Shown: positions 21,022 through 29,648 of the stretch, in pieces
Numbering within the stretch: the first letter of the stretch is position 1
Layout: each line of letters starts with the position of its first letter
Source: Candidatus Latescibacterota bacterium
GTDB lineage: Bacteria > Latescibacterota > UBA2968 > GCA-2709665
Direction of reading: 5' to 3'
DNA length: 64,000 bases
Assembly: GCA_965219455.1 (NCBI GenBank)
Contig: OZ244744.1
Coordinates: 2,016,001-2,080,000 of the forward strand
Program-made: the position numbers and the translations under genes
Notes under the pieces: model-generated
The model's input: the letters and a program-made list of their open reading frames with translations, nothing else
The model's database searches: none
What the model was told of the DNA's origin: nothing

Positions 21022-22002
21022 ATGGAGAAACCGATGAAGTATGGGCGCGTTGAAGGGATTGACACGCCGGTTTCCCGGCTCGTTCAGGGCACGTTGATGC
21101 TGTCGACGGACGACCTGGAGGCGAACATCGGGTTTCTTGACGGGATCCTGGCGCTGGGTTGCAACAGTTTCGATACCGCGCAGATATATGGAAACGGACA
21201 GGCGGAGCGTACGCTGGGTGCCTGGATGGATCGACGCGGCAATCGAAGCGACGTATTCATTCTGAGCAAGGGCGGCCATCCCAATGCGGACCGCCGTCGG
21301 GTGACGGTGTTCGACGTGGCGTCCGATCTGTTTGATTCCCTGGCTCGGCTCAGGACGGATTACATCGACCTCTACCTGCTTCATCGGGACGATCCGGAGT
21401 TGCCGGTGGGGCCGCTCGTGGAGGCGCTGAACGAGCACATGTCCGAAGGGCGCATCCGGGCGTTCGGCGGATCCAACTGGTCGGTGAAGCGCATCGATGA
21501 AGCGAATTTATATGCGCAGAATCACGGCCTGAGGCCCTTCGTGGCCAGCAGTCCGAATTTCAGCCTCGCCGTGCGCATGAAAGAGATCTGGGAGGGCTGT
21601 CTGAGTATCTCCGGTCCTCGAGGGGCCGAGGAACGCGCCTGGTACCGGAAATCGCAGATGCCCGTGTTTTCCTGGTCCAGCCTGGCGCAGGGCTTTTTCT
21701 CCGGACTCCTTTCGCGCGGGAACGTCACGGAGATGGCGAATGAAATGACGGAAGGGTGCGCACAGGTCTACGGATACGAGGAGAACTTCAAGCGGCTGGA
21801 CCGCGCGGTCGAACTTGCCAACGAGCGAGGAAAGACCGTGGCGCAGGTCGCGCTCGCGTTTCTCTTCAACCAGCCTCTGAACGTCTTCACTGTGTCGGGC
21901 TGCAGGTCGGTCGAGGAAAGCCGTCTGAACCAGGAGGCCATGGAAATCCGGCTTTCGCCGGAGGAACTGGACTGGCTGGATCTGCGACGGGACAGCCGAT
22001 GA
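21022..22002 (+). CDS. Aldo/keto reductase
   Basis: FDTAQIYG, LSKG, YIDLYLLHRDD, GGSNW, WSSLAQG. Confidence 0.93.
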   Translation: MEKPMKYGRVEGIDTPVSRLVQGTLMLSTDDLEANIGFLDGILALGCNSFDTAQIYGNGQAERTLGAWMDRRGNRSDVFILSKGGHPNADRRRVTVFDVASDLFDSLARLRTDYIDLYLLHRDDPELPVGPLVEALNEHMSEGRIRAFGGSNWSVKRIDEANLYAQNHGLRPFVASSPNFSLAVRMKEIWEGCLSISGPRGAEERAWYRKSQMPVFSWSSLAQGFFSGLLSRGNVTEMANEMTEGCAQVYGYEENFKRLDRAVELANERGKTVAQVALAFLFNQPLNVFTVSGCRSVEESRLNQEAMEIRLSPEELDWLDLRRDSR

Positions 22003-22242
22003 CGGATAACGTGCAACCGGAGATGGATCTATTCGTCTAAATCCTCAGGATCGGTTTCGTGTCGAAAAACGGGCAGGGTATCCGAGGATCCCGAACCGGT
22101 TTTCCAGGAAATATCCGGCCGAACTGCAAAAAAGCGTCTCCTGCGGCGCTTTGGGCTTGACACAAATAGGCAATAGGGCTAAATATTCGATGTATCATGG
22201 TCGGACCTCAATCACGCATGGATTTGCGCGGGCAATGGAACG

Positions 22243-23892
22243 ATGCCAGGGACAAATTTGAAAACGTTGTTGATTGAAGACAACCCACTGCACACGCGGC
22301 TGATCCGAGAACTGCTCGCCGAGTCAAAGAGCCCGGAATTCGAGGTGGATGCGGCGGATACGCTCACGGAAGGGCTGAACCGGCTTTCAGCGGACGATCA
22401 CGAGTTGCTGCTACTGGACCTGGTGCTCCCCGACAGCGAGGACCTGGACACCTACTACCGCGTGCGCGCCGCATATCCGGACCTGACGGTTGTGATCCTT
22501 TCCAGCATGAAGGATATCAAACTGGCGGCCCGTGCCGTCGAAGCGGGGGCGCAGGATTATCTGGTCAAGTCCCAATTGAACGGCCCCCTTCTGGTACGGT
22601 CGATCCGATACGCCGTAGAACGCAGCCGGGCACTGCACGCCGAATGGGAGTCGCCGATGTTCCGGCTGGCGCAGCAACAGTTTCTGAAGGCCGCCCACCT
22701 GATGGAACTGGACGACAACATCCGGCAGCGGCTTTTGTTTCCCCAGCGTACCCACATGGTCACCTTTCCGTTCCGGCGCGACGAGCACGAGTACGTGGAA
22801 ACGGTCTCGGGTTATCGGATCCAGCATCTGTTGACGATGGGACCCACCAAGGGCGGCGTGCGTTACCATCACGACGTGAACCTGGGCGAGGTGACCGCCC
22901 TGGCGATGTGGATGACCTGGAAGTGCGCCCTGATGAACCTGCCGTTTGGCGGCGCCAAAGGGGGCGTGAGGATTGATCCGACCGTACTCTCACGCTCCGA
23001 ACTGCAGCGCCTGACGCGTCGCTATACGTCGGAGATCATCGACGTTATCGGACCACAGAAGGATATCCCTGCGCCGGATATGGGCACCGACGAACACGTG
23101 ATGGCCTGGATGATGGACACATACAGCCACCAGATGGGACATACCGTGCCGGCGGTCGTGACCGGCAAACCGGTGGTGCTGGGCGGCTCCGAAGGACGCC
23201 GCGAGGCGACGGGACGGGGGTTGGTGTATCTGGTGGAGGAGGCGGCCAAACATATCGGGATGGACCTGCGCCGTGCGACCGCCGTCGTCCAGGGGTTTGG
23301 AAACGTGGGAAGCAATGCGGCGAGATTCCTGGAAGCCTGCGGGGTCAAACTCGTGGGCGTCAGTGACGTGACCACCGGCATTTACAACCCCGATGGTCTT
23401 TCCTTGGATTCGCTGCTGCAACACACGGAAGAAAACCGGTTTCTGGAAGGTTACGCCGGCGGAGATGCCGTGAGCAATCAGGAATTGCTCGAGATACCGT
23501 GCGACATTCTAGTACCCGCAGCCCTGCAGAATCAGATCACAGCGGACAATGCCGAACGGATCACGTGCAGGATCCTGGCCGAAGGCGCCAACGGCCCCAC
23601 CACACTAGAGGCGGACGAGATTCTGCAGGAAAAGGGGACCTTTATCCTGCCGGACGTGCTCGGCAATGCCGGAGGGGTTACGGTTTCCTATTTCGAATGG
23701 GTGCAGGATACGCAGAATTACATGTGGACGCTGGAGGAGATCAACGATAAACTCCGGAAGATTCTGCTCCACGCGTTCCAACGGACCATGCGAAGATCGC
23801 AACGGGACGGGCTGGATATCCGTACGGCGGCGCTCATTGAAGGGATCCACCGTGTAACGCAGGCGAAACTCCTGAGGGGTATCTTCCCATAG
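22243..23892 (+). CDS. Response-regulator receiver domain fused to a Glu/Leu/Phe/Val (glutamate) dehydrogenase
   Basis: aa ~5-125 REC (LLIED, LLLLDLVLPD, VILSS, AQDYLVK); remainder GDH (GPTKGGVRY, MTWKCA, GGAKGG, DIPAPDMGT, VVTGKP, QGFGNVG, EGANGP, NAGGVTVSYFEW). Confidence 0.93.
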   Translation: MPGTNLKTLLIEDNPLHTRLIRELLAESKSPEFEVDAADTLTEGLNRLSADDHELLLLDLVLPDSEDLDTYYRVRAAYPDLTVVILSSMKDIKLAARAVEAGAQDYLVKSQLNGPLLVRSIRYAVERSRALHAEWESPMFRLAQQQFLKAAHLMELDDNIRQRLLFPQRTHMVTFPFRRDEHEYVETVSGYRIQHLLTMGPTKGGVRYHHDVNLGEVTALAMWMTWKCALMNLPFGGAKGGVRIDPTVLSRSELQRLTRRYTSEIIDVIGPQKDIPAPDMGTDEHVMAWMMDTYSHQMGHTVPAVVTGKPVVLGGSEGRREATGRGLVYLVEEAAKHIGMDLRRATAVVQGFGNVGSNAARFLEACGVKLVGVSDVTTGIYNPDGLSLDSLLQHTEENRFLEGYAGGDAVSNQELLEIPCDILVPAALQNQITADNAERITCRILAEGANGPTTLEADEILQEKGTFILPDVLGNAGGVTVSYFEWVQDTQNYMWTLEEINDKLRKILLHAFQRTMRRSQRDGLDIRTAALIEGIHRVTQAKLLRGIFP

Positions 23893-24052
23893 TGTCCCGT
23901 CCCAGAAATATGTTACCATTCATCCGCCGATTCATCCCGTCTCGCTACGTTGCCTTCGCTCGCCGACCTTGGGCAGGGCGCCTTGCTCAGGCGCCTTGCC
24001 AGCCGGGCGACTCGGCGGCCGAATTTCGGCAATCTATTTCTGGGACAGAACA
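23893..24052. mobile_element. MITE-like element, 160 bp
   Basis: 18-bp TIRs TGTCCCGTCCCAGAAATA / TATTTCTGGGACAGAACA (16/18 match); ATAG direct repeats at 23889-23892 and 24053-24056; no ORF. Confidence 0.75.
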
Positions 24053-24067
24053 ATAGGAAGGTCTGAA

Positions 24068-27000
24068 ATGGACGATTATGCCGACCCGCGTCTGGTGCGG
24101 CTGGCCGCGATAGCCGCGCAAACGGCGAATCTTATCGTTGTAATGCTGTCCCTCCTGGTTCTCTGCGGATGGCTGGTCAGCGCACCCGTCGCCGAATGGA
24201 TGTCTCTATTGACGGCGGGGATGTTCGTACTCACGGGCGTGGCGCTGTGGCTGCTGCGCAGCGGGAGGTCGTCCGACAGGCGGCAGTTCCTGGGGAAGGC
24301 AATCGGCGCCGTGGTGGTGGTCTTCGCGTTTCTGGAAATGGTTGGTGCGGGCCCCGTATTTATCGGTTTCGAGGCCGGCGCGGGGCATATGTTGCGCGAT
24401 GAGGCGTGTAATTTCGCCCTGATCGGTCTGGCCTTGTTTCTCTGGCGATTTAAAATCAGAGGAAGCGCATGGCCGGCGCTGACGTGTCTGTCTGTCGCTT
24501 CAATCGTATCGATCGGTTATGCAATTGGACATTTTTACCTGACGCTCTCGCCCCGGGAAGTGACATGGGATATTCAGATGAGCGCCGTCACAACGCTCAC
24601 ATTCGGCCTGCTGTGCATTGGCCTGTTTTTATCCCGACCGGACCTGGAACCAACGACAACCATCGTCAGCTCGACCGCTGGCGGTTCGATGGCGCGCCGG
24701 TTGCTGCCTCCCGCTTTCCTGATTCCGCTGGCTCTGGGCTGGCTCTGGCCTCACAGCGAAGTGATATTGGGCTTCGAATCCGGAATGTCTCTGTTCTCCC
24801 TGGGGGTGATCGTAGCGCTGAACATTCTGATCTGGTGGTACGCCCGGTCGCTCGCGTATCTGGACTCCGAACGGAAGCGCTCAGAACAGGCATTGCGTGA
24901 GAGCGAAGCCCGGCTCAAGCTGGCAATGGAAGCCGCCCACATGGGGAGTTGGGATTCCAACCTGCTGACCGGAGAACTGGTCTGGTCGGATCTGGTGGCG
25001 CCGTTGTTCGGCCTTAAACCGGAAGTGTTCGAAGGTACGCGCGAGGCGTTCTATGGACTCGTGCACCCCGAAGACCGGGCGATGGTTCGCAGTGCGGTGC
25101 GGCGCACGATCAGGGAAGGGGTGGATTTCGAGGTCGAGCACCGGGTTGTATGGCCGGACGGGACGGTTCGGTGGCTGGGAAATAAAGGCCGCGTTTTCGG
25201 CGACGGCGCGGGGCAGTATGTACATATGATTGGTACGGTGCGGGATATCACGCTACGCAAGCGAACCGAGATACAGCTGCAGGAAAAGAACCGGCAACTC
25301 GAGAAAACCGCGGCTGCCGAGCGTGAAGCGAACGAAGCGCTGAAGAAGAGCTCGGTCGCCCTGGAGCGTTCAAGGGCGGAGCTGCAGAAAGCAAAAGACG
25401 CCGCGGAAAAGGCGAATCGCGCAAAAAGCGAGTTTCTGGCCAATATGAGCCACGAGATCCGTACGCCGATGAATGGCATCATGGGCATGACGGAGCTTCT
25501 GGGCAACACGGAGTTGACGCCTCAACAGCGCGAGTATCTCAAGTTGAGCAGGCAGTCTTCGGAGGCCTTACTGGCACTTCTGAACGATATTCTCGATTTC
25601 TCCAAACTCGAGGTGGACCGGCTGGAACTGGAGGCGATCGGCTTCGACCTCCGCGATACGCTGGGGGACACCGTTCAGACCCTTGCGGTTAAAGCCACAC
25701 AGAAGGGGCTGGAACTGGCGTGCCATATTGCACCGGAGGTTCCGGACAGGCTGGTGGGGGACCCGGGCCGTTTGCGGCAGATCGTGATCAACCTGGTGGA
25801 CAACGCCATAAAGTTCACGGAGAAAGGCGACGTGCTGGTTGACGTAAAGGTGGACGCACGGGAGGAAGAGAAGCTCTGTCTGAGGTTCTTTGTTCGGGAT
25901 ACCGGCATCGGGATCGCACCCGAAGATCGGCGGATCATTTTCGACTCTTTCAGCCAGGTAGACTCTTCTACTTCCCGGCGGTTTGGAGGAACGGGGCTGG
26001 GCCTGGCGATTTCATCCCAACTGGCCACGATGATGGGTGGACGCATGTGGGTGGAGAGCGCGCATGACAAAGGGAGCACGTTTTATTTCACAGCGCTCTT
26101 CGAGGCCCAACCCCAGCCGGCGAAGCGGTCGGCGGCCGATCTCCAGTCCCTGGTGGGTCTCCGGGCGCTGGTGGTGGATAACAACCGTACAAACCGGTTT
26201 ATCTTCGAGGAGATGCTGGGAACCTGGGGTATGAAAATTGACGTGGCGGATTCGGGGCCGGCCGCGCTCGAGACACTGCGGGAGGCTGGCGAGGCGGATT
26301 CGCCGTTCCACCTTTTCTTACTGGACGCAATGATGCCCGGTATGGACGGGTTCGCGCTGGCCGAGCGAATACGCCGGGATCCGGATGTGAAAAACGTACC
26401 GATTCTGATACTTTCGTCCGCGGGAAGAACACGCGACGCGGTGCGATGTGACGCCTTGGGGCTTGCGCGATGTCTGACAAAGCCGGTCAAGCAGTCCGAC
26501 CTGCTCGATGCCGCGCTGGCAGCCCTGAACGTAAGCGTTATCGAGCCCGTAGATATCGCAAAGATTGCGGAACCGTTGCCGCCCGCCCATAGGCGCCGCG
26601 TCCTGTTGGCAGAGGACGGCATGGTCAACCAGAAGGTGATTGTGGACCTGCTCGGGCCGCGCGGGCACCAGGTTACCGCCGTCAACAACGGCAAGGAAGT
26701 ACTCGCGGCGCTGGAGAACGACACATTCGACCTGATCCTGATGGATATTCAGATGCCGGAGATGGATGGGTTGGAGGCAACACGGATTATCAGGGAACGG
26801 GAAACGTCGACGGGGGCGCATATTCGAATTGCGGCGATGACGGCCCACGTGATGCAGGGAGACCGAGAGCGGTGTCTGGAACAGGGGATGGACGACTACC
26901 TTTCCAAGCCGATCCGGGCGGGACATCTCTTCGATGTTGTGGAGAATAACGGCTCATCCGGCAGCGTATCGCAGGCGGAGCCCGGCGATGATGCTGTCGC

Positions 27001-27340
27001 TCTGGATTGGCAGGGAGCCCTGGAACAGGTTGGCGGCAACGAGGCGCTTCTGGGTGAACTGGCCGGCCTGTTTGTTACGGAGTACGCGAAGCACCTTGAA
27101 GAAATGAAACGGGCGATCGCAAACGGTGATGGATCGCGGCTGCGGCGCGCGGCCCACACACTGAAGGGGTCGGCGGCTATTTTCCTTGCCGATCCGACCG
27201 TCGAGGCGGCGTTGCGGCTGGAAACCATGGCGCGCGAAGGGGATCTTGAAGACGCGAATGAAGCGCTCGCCGCGCTGGAACGGGCAGCGGACGGGTTGCT
27301 GCCGGCGCTGAAAGAAAAAGCTGCCGCGGTTGTTGCGTAG
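24068..27340 (+). CDS. Membrane-bound hybrid sensor histidine kinase (TM-PAS-HisKA-HATPase-REC-REC-HPt)
   Basis: Several hydrophobic helices; PAS/PAC (VHPEDR, PDGTVRW); MSHEIRTP; NAIKFT, DTGIG, GGTGLGL; two REC domains (LLDAMMP, LMDIQMP); AHTLKGS HPt; start moved to the ATG after the MITE. Confidence 0.95.
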   Translation: MDDYADPRLVRLAAIAAQTANLIVVMLSLLVLCGWLVSAPVAEWMSLLTAGMFVLTGVALWLLRSGRSSDRRQFLGKAIGAVVVVFAFLEMVGAGPVFIGFEAGAGHMLRDEACNFALIGLALFLWRFKIRGSAWPALTCLSVASIVSIGYAIGHFYLTLSPREVTWDIQMSAVTTLTFGLLCIGLFLSRPDLEPTTTIVSSTAGGSMARRLLPPAFLIPLALGWLWPHSEVILGFESGMSLFSLGVIVALNILIWWYARSLAYLDSERKRSEQALRESEARLKLAMEAAHMGSWDSNLLTGELVWSDLVAPLFGLKPEVFEGTREAFYGLVHPEDRAMVRSAVRRTIREGVDFEVEHRVVWPDGTVRWLGNKGRVFGDGAGQYVHMIGTVRDITLRKRTEIQLQEKNRQLEKTAAAEREANEALKKSSVALERSRAELQKAKDAAEKANRAKSEFLANMSHEIRTPMNGIMGMTELLGNTELTPQQREYLKLSRQSSEALLALLNDILDFSKLEVDRLELEAIGFDLRDTLGDTVQTLAVKATQKGLELACHIAPEVPDRLVGDPGRLRQIVINLVDNAIKFTEKGDVLVDVKVDAREEEKLCLRFFVRDTGIGIAPEDRRIIFDSFSQVDSSTSRRFGGTGLGLAISSQLATMMGGRMWVESAHDKGSTFYFTALFEAQPQPAKRSAADLQSLVGLRALVVDNNRTNRFIFEEMLGTWGMKIDVADSGPAALETLREAGEADSPFHLFLLDAMMPGMDGFALAERIRRDPDVKNVPILILSSAGRTRDAVRCDALGLARCLTKPVKQSDLLDAALAALNVSVIEPVDIAKIAEPLPPAHRRRVLLAEDGMVNQKVIVDLLGPRGHQVTAVNNGKEVLAALENDTFDLILMDIQMPEMDGLEATRIIRERETSTGAHIRIAAMTAHVMQGDRERCLEQGMDDYLSKPIRAGHLFDVVENNGSSGSVSQAEPGDDAVALDWQGALEQVGGNEALLGELAGLFVTEYAKHLEEMKRAIANGDGSRLRRAAHTLKGSAAIFLADPTVEAALRLETMAREGDLEDANEALAALERAADGLLPALKEKAAAVVA

Positions 27341-27351
27341 TGGATCGAATG

Positions 27352-27538
27352 CGGAGTCCGCCGGTTGCATTGATGACGAGAAAGCAGATTGGTTTTAACT
27401 AAAGATGATGCCCCCTTTGGGGGCATCTTTTGGTATATTGGGAATGCGAACACTACCTTTGACGTGTCCCCAACCATTCACGGATCCTCAGAATTGGTGC
27501 GCATTTACGTAAAGGTTCCATAACACCGAATTTATGAG
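27352..27538 (+). repeat. Dispersed repeat copy 1 (integrase-tail/terminator/att-like module)
   Basis: Aligns by eye with 28700-28832 and 31695-31883; reads RSPPVALM in one frame; GC hairpin; ends at TAAC-N7-TTAT. Confidence 0.75.
27407..27431 (+). terminator. Rho-independent terminator-like hairpin inside repeat copy 1
   Basis: GATGCCCCC-TTT-GGGGGCATC followed by TTTT. Confidence 0.65.
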
Positions 27539-27696
27539 TGGATTCAGCGCATCTGGAAAATATCTCGTGCTGCTTAATTCAACATTCCAGATCGCAAGAA
27601 ATATGGAGGTCTCCCTCTGTGCTTCTTTTTTCGCGAATCCATCATCTTCCACCCCCGCACAATGGCTTATCGAACCTTAGAGGAAGCGTGTGTGAA

Positions 27697-27721
27697 GGTG
27701 GGGCAGACATTCCTGTCTGCC
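27697..27721 (+). repeat. REP sequence
   Basis: GGTGGGGCAGACATTCCTGTCTGCC hairpin with a GTGG foot. Confidence 0.8.
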
Positions 27722-27729
27722 ATTCTCAT

Positions 27730-27945
27730 TGTCCTTCTGCCGCAATACAACCAGAAGAAATGCTTGCGCCGCCGTTATGGAGCCAATACTCGTCGTCGCG
27801 CTTGAGCCACATCTCAAGCACTTCGTGGAAGGTACGGCGTGTGGCCACGGGCGATCGCATCAGCCAGGCGAAAGGTGATCCAATAGATAGTGTCGTCCTT
27901 TTCCAATGGGGGAGACAGCTGCGAGTCGTGGCGTGCCAGTACACA
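27730..27945 (-). pseudogene. REP-associated tyrosine transposase (RAYT) relic, frameshifted and internally deleted
   Basis: LPHW (one frame), TIYWITFRLADAI (another frame) and WLHNGG..C match the RAYT N-terminus; no HUH motif left; flanked by inverted REPs; boundaries approximate. Confidence 0.65.
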
Positions 27946-27974
27946 GGATTCCGAGGTTCCGGTTTGAAGTATAT

Positions 27975-28000
27975 GAGCAGACAGGAATGTCTGCTCCACC
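27975..28000 (-). repeat. REP sequence (inverted partner of 27697-27721)
   Basis: Reverse complement GGTGGAGCAGACATTCCTGTCTGCTC. Confidence 0.8.
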
Positions 28001-28071
28001 TTTTCAAGCCTACCCTTCCTGCCAATAAAGTGTGAGGCAACTTTCCCTCCGAGTTTGATTTAGAATATTGG

Positions 28072-28101
28072 GCCGAGCGGAGAATCTATGAAGAAGGCTA
28101 A
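28072..28101 (+). pseudogene. BrnT-like toxin, C-terminal stub only
   Basis: AERRIYEEG-stop overlapping the start of the next gene, as BrnT C-termini typically do. Confidence 0.5.
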
Positions 28102-28315
28102 TGCGGAAGAGCTTCGTCCTGAATATTGCCGTGAAGATCTCGGTCCCGGCGTCCGTGGAAAGTATCTGGAATCTTTCCGACCGGGGACCAACCTGGTTTT
28201 GCTGCAACCTGACGTCGCGAAGGCATTTCCAACCGAGGAAGCCGTAAATGATGCGCTTCGGTCGTTTATGAACGCGGATGATGGTCCGGTTGACGCCCGG
28301 ACGGGCGGCGAATGA
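28088..28315 (+). CDS. BrnA-like antitoxin
   Basis: ELRPEY, GVRGKY, LQPDVAKAFP...AVNDALR. Confidence 0.7.
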   Translation: MKKANAEELRPEYCREDLGPGVRGKYLESFRPGTNLVLLQPDVAKAFPTEEAVNDALRSFMNADDGPVDARTGGE

Positions 28316-28374
28316 AATTTCGCTATGCTGGGTGAATCCGAGAAGTCAATTTAAACTTGATCCGGAGGACTGTG

Positions 28375-28593
28375 ATGACTCAACTTCTCGAGAAAGCGAT
28401 TTCGGAAATCAAGAAGCTTTCCAATGATGAGCAAGACGCGATTGCGGCCGTCCTGATGGCGGAGTTGGAGTCAGAACGCCAGTGGGAACGTGCATTTGAC
28501 TCGACGGCAGAGCAGTTGTCAGGTCTTGCAAATGAGGCTCTCGATGAATACCGAACAGGCAAGACTGAACCGTTCGAATCGCACGGCTCATGA
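28375..28593 (+). CDS. Putative antitoxin (addiction-module type)
   Basis: MTQLLEKA...EQDAIA....EL..E..W...F...LA.EAL.EY..G.T pattern; GGAGG RBS; ATGA coupling to a toxin-like ORF. Confidence 0.65.
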   Translation: MTQLLEKAISEIKKLSNDEQDAIAAVLMAELESERQWERAFDSTAEQLSGLANEALDEYRTGKTEPFESHGS

Positions 28594-28721
28594 TATCCCG
28601 GACAACCCGTCGTTTTCGTGACGCGCTACTCGATCTTCCCCGACCCGTCCAGGTTCAGGCTGCCGCTGCACGGTCAACTAACAGGATAACTCAATTTTCC
28701 GGAGCCCACCGGATGCATTGA
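28590..28721 (+). pseudogene. Truncated ParE/RelE-like toxin
   Basis: MISRTTRRFRDALLDLPRPVQVQA.. N-terminus, then runs into repeat copy 2 and stops after 43 aa. Confidence 0.6.
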
Positions 28722-28832
28722 TGACACCATAGAGCAGATTGGTTTTAAGTAAGTATGATGCCCCCTTTGGGGGCATTTCTTGGTATATTGGGAATACGAA
28801 CATTACAGGATGATTCGATCCTGAACATTGGT
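28700..28832 (+). repeat. Dispersed repeat copy 2 (3'-truncated)
   Basis: Highly similar to copy 1 over ~105 bp including the ATGCCCCCTTTGGGGGCAT hairpin; reads RSPPDALMTP-stop. Confidence 0.75.
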
Positions 28833-28949
28833 ATATCCAGAGACCTGGAACACACTGTCACAACGGCTCGGCAAACCCGAAATTCGGCACGAACGGAAGA
28901 AGCGCATATACGCGCAGAAACAAAGAATGTCCTCCCCCCAGTTTTCTTC

Positions 28950-28981
28950 TTGTATAACATCATTTATGATGTATATTCTAC
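28950..28981 (+). promoter_or_regulatory. Putative TA promoter with operator palindrome
   Basis: TTGTAT (28950) ... TATATT (28972) with ACATCAT-TT-ATGATGT between; ATG at 28982 without an RBS. Confidence 0.55.
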
Positions 28982-29371
28982 ATGAACCGAAAATGGCGCA
29001 TCCTCTATTACATAGCTGAAAACGGATACTGCCCCGTTCAAGAGTTCATTGATAGTCGCTCAGATCGAGACCAGGCCAAGACGTTCAGTTGGCTTGCTCA
29101 ATTGGAAATAGACGGACCGAGCCTACCCAGGCCATATACGGATCTCTTGGACAGCGGAATCCACGAACTCAGACTAACGCTTTCTGGCGACCAGGTGCGC
29201 ATCCTCTACTTTTTCTGTTTCAGAGATTTCATTGTATTGACCCACGCTTTTGTGAAGCGTACCCGGCGCGTACCGGTCGCTGAAATTCACCTCGCCAAGA
29301 AGTATCGTGAGGATTTCCTTTCTCGATTTGACGAGGGTAGTTTAAAGGAGGAACTGGATGAGGAGCTTTAG
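28982..29371 (+). CDS. Type II toxin, RelE/ParE (Gp49/HigB-like)
   Basis: CPVQEFI, LPRPY..L..GIHELR, RILYFF, LTHAFVKRT. Confidence 0.88.
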   Translation: MNRKWRILYYIAENGYCPVQEFIDSRSDRDQAKTFSWLAQLEIDGPSLPRPYTDLLDSGIHELRLTLSGDQVRILYFFCFRDFIVLTHAFVKRTRRVPVAEIHLAKKYREDFLSRFDEGSLKEELDEEL

Positions 29372-29648
29372 ACGTCATCTGGACGAAAAGCTCAAAGATG
29401 AGCGATTCAGGCGACTGTATGACGAAGAGCGACAGCTTACCGAGCTGTCGTTGAAGATACACCAAATGCGAGCGCAGCTGGGTCTTTCGCAGCAGGAGGT
29501 TGCCAGAAGAGCGAAGGTCACACAACAGCAATTGTCAAAGGTTGAGAATGGGATCAATTGCAATTTGACAACGTTTTTGAAGGTATGCCATGCTCTGGAT
29601 CTGACGGTAGAGTTAGAACGACCCAACGCCAGACAGCAGGTGAGTTGA
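29358..29648 (+). CDS. XRE-family HTH antitoxin (HigA-like)
   Basis: LSQQEVARRAKVTQQQLSKVENG HTH; overlaps the toxin gene. Confidence 0.88.
   Translation: MRSFRRHLDEKLKDERFRRLYDEERQLTELSLKIHQMRAQLGLSQQEVARRAKVTQQQLSKVENGINCNLTTFLKVCHALDLTVELERPNARQQVS

Noticed and set aside
22157-22190. Sigma70 promoter for REC-GDH (TTGACA at 22157)
   Set aside because: No convincing -10 box at 16-18 bp spacing, so not listed as a feature
23969-24067. N-terminal extension of the hybrid kinase in the ORF track
   Set aside because: Lies mostly inside the MITE; the ATG at 24068 has a plausible RBS (AGGAAGG)
27511-27540. XerC/D dif or pdif site (CATAA-N8-TTATG)
   Set aside because: The spacer is 8 rather than 6 bp and the arms match the XerC/XerD consensus poorly; kept only as a generic att-like site
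27538-28035. 165-aa + strand ORF
   Set aside because: Crosses both REPs, is antisense to the RAYT relic and has no protein-like motifs
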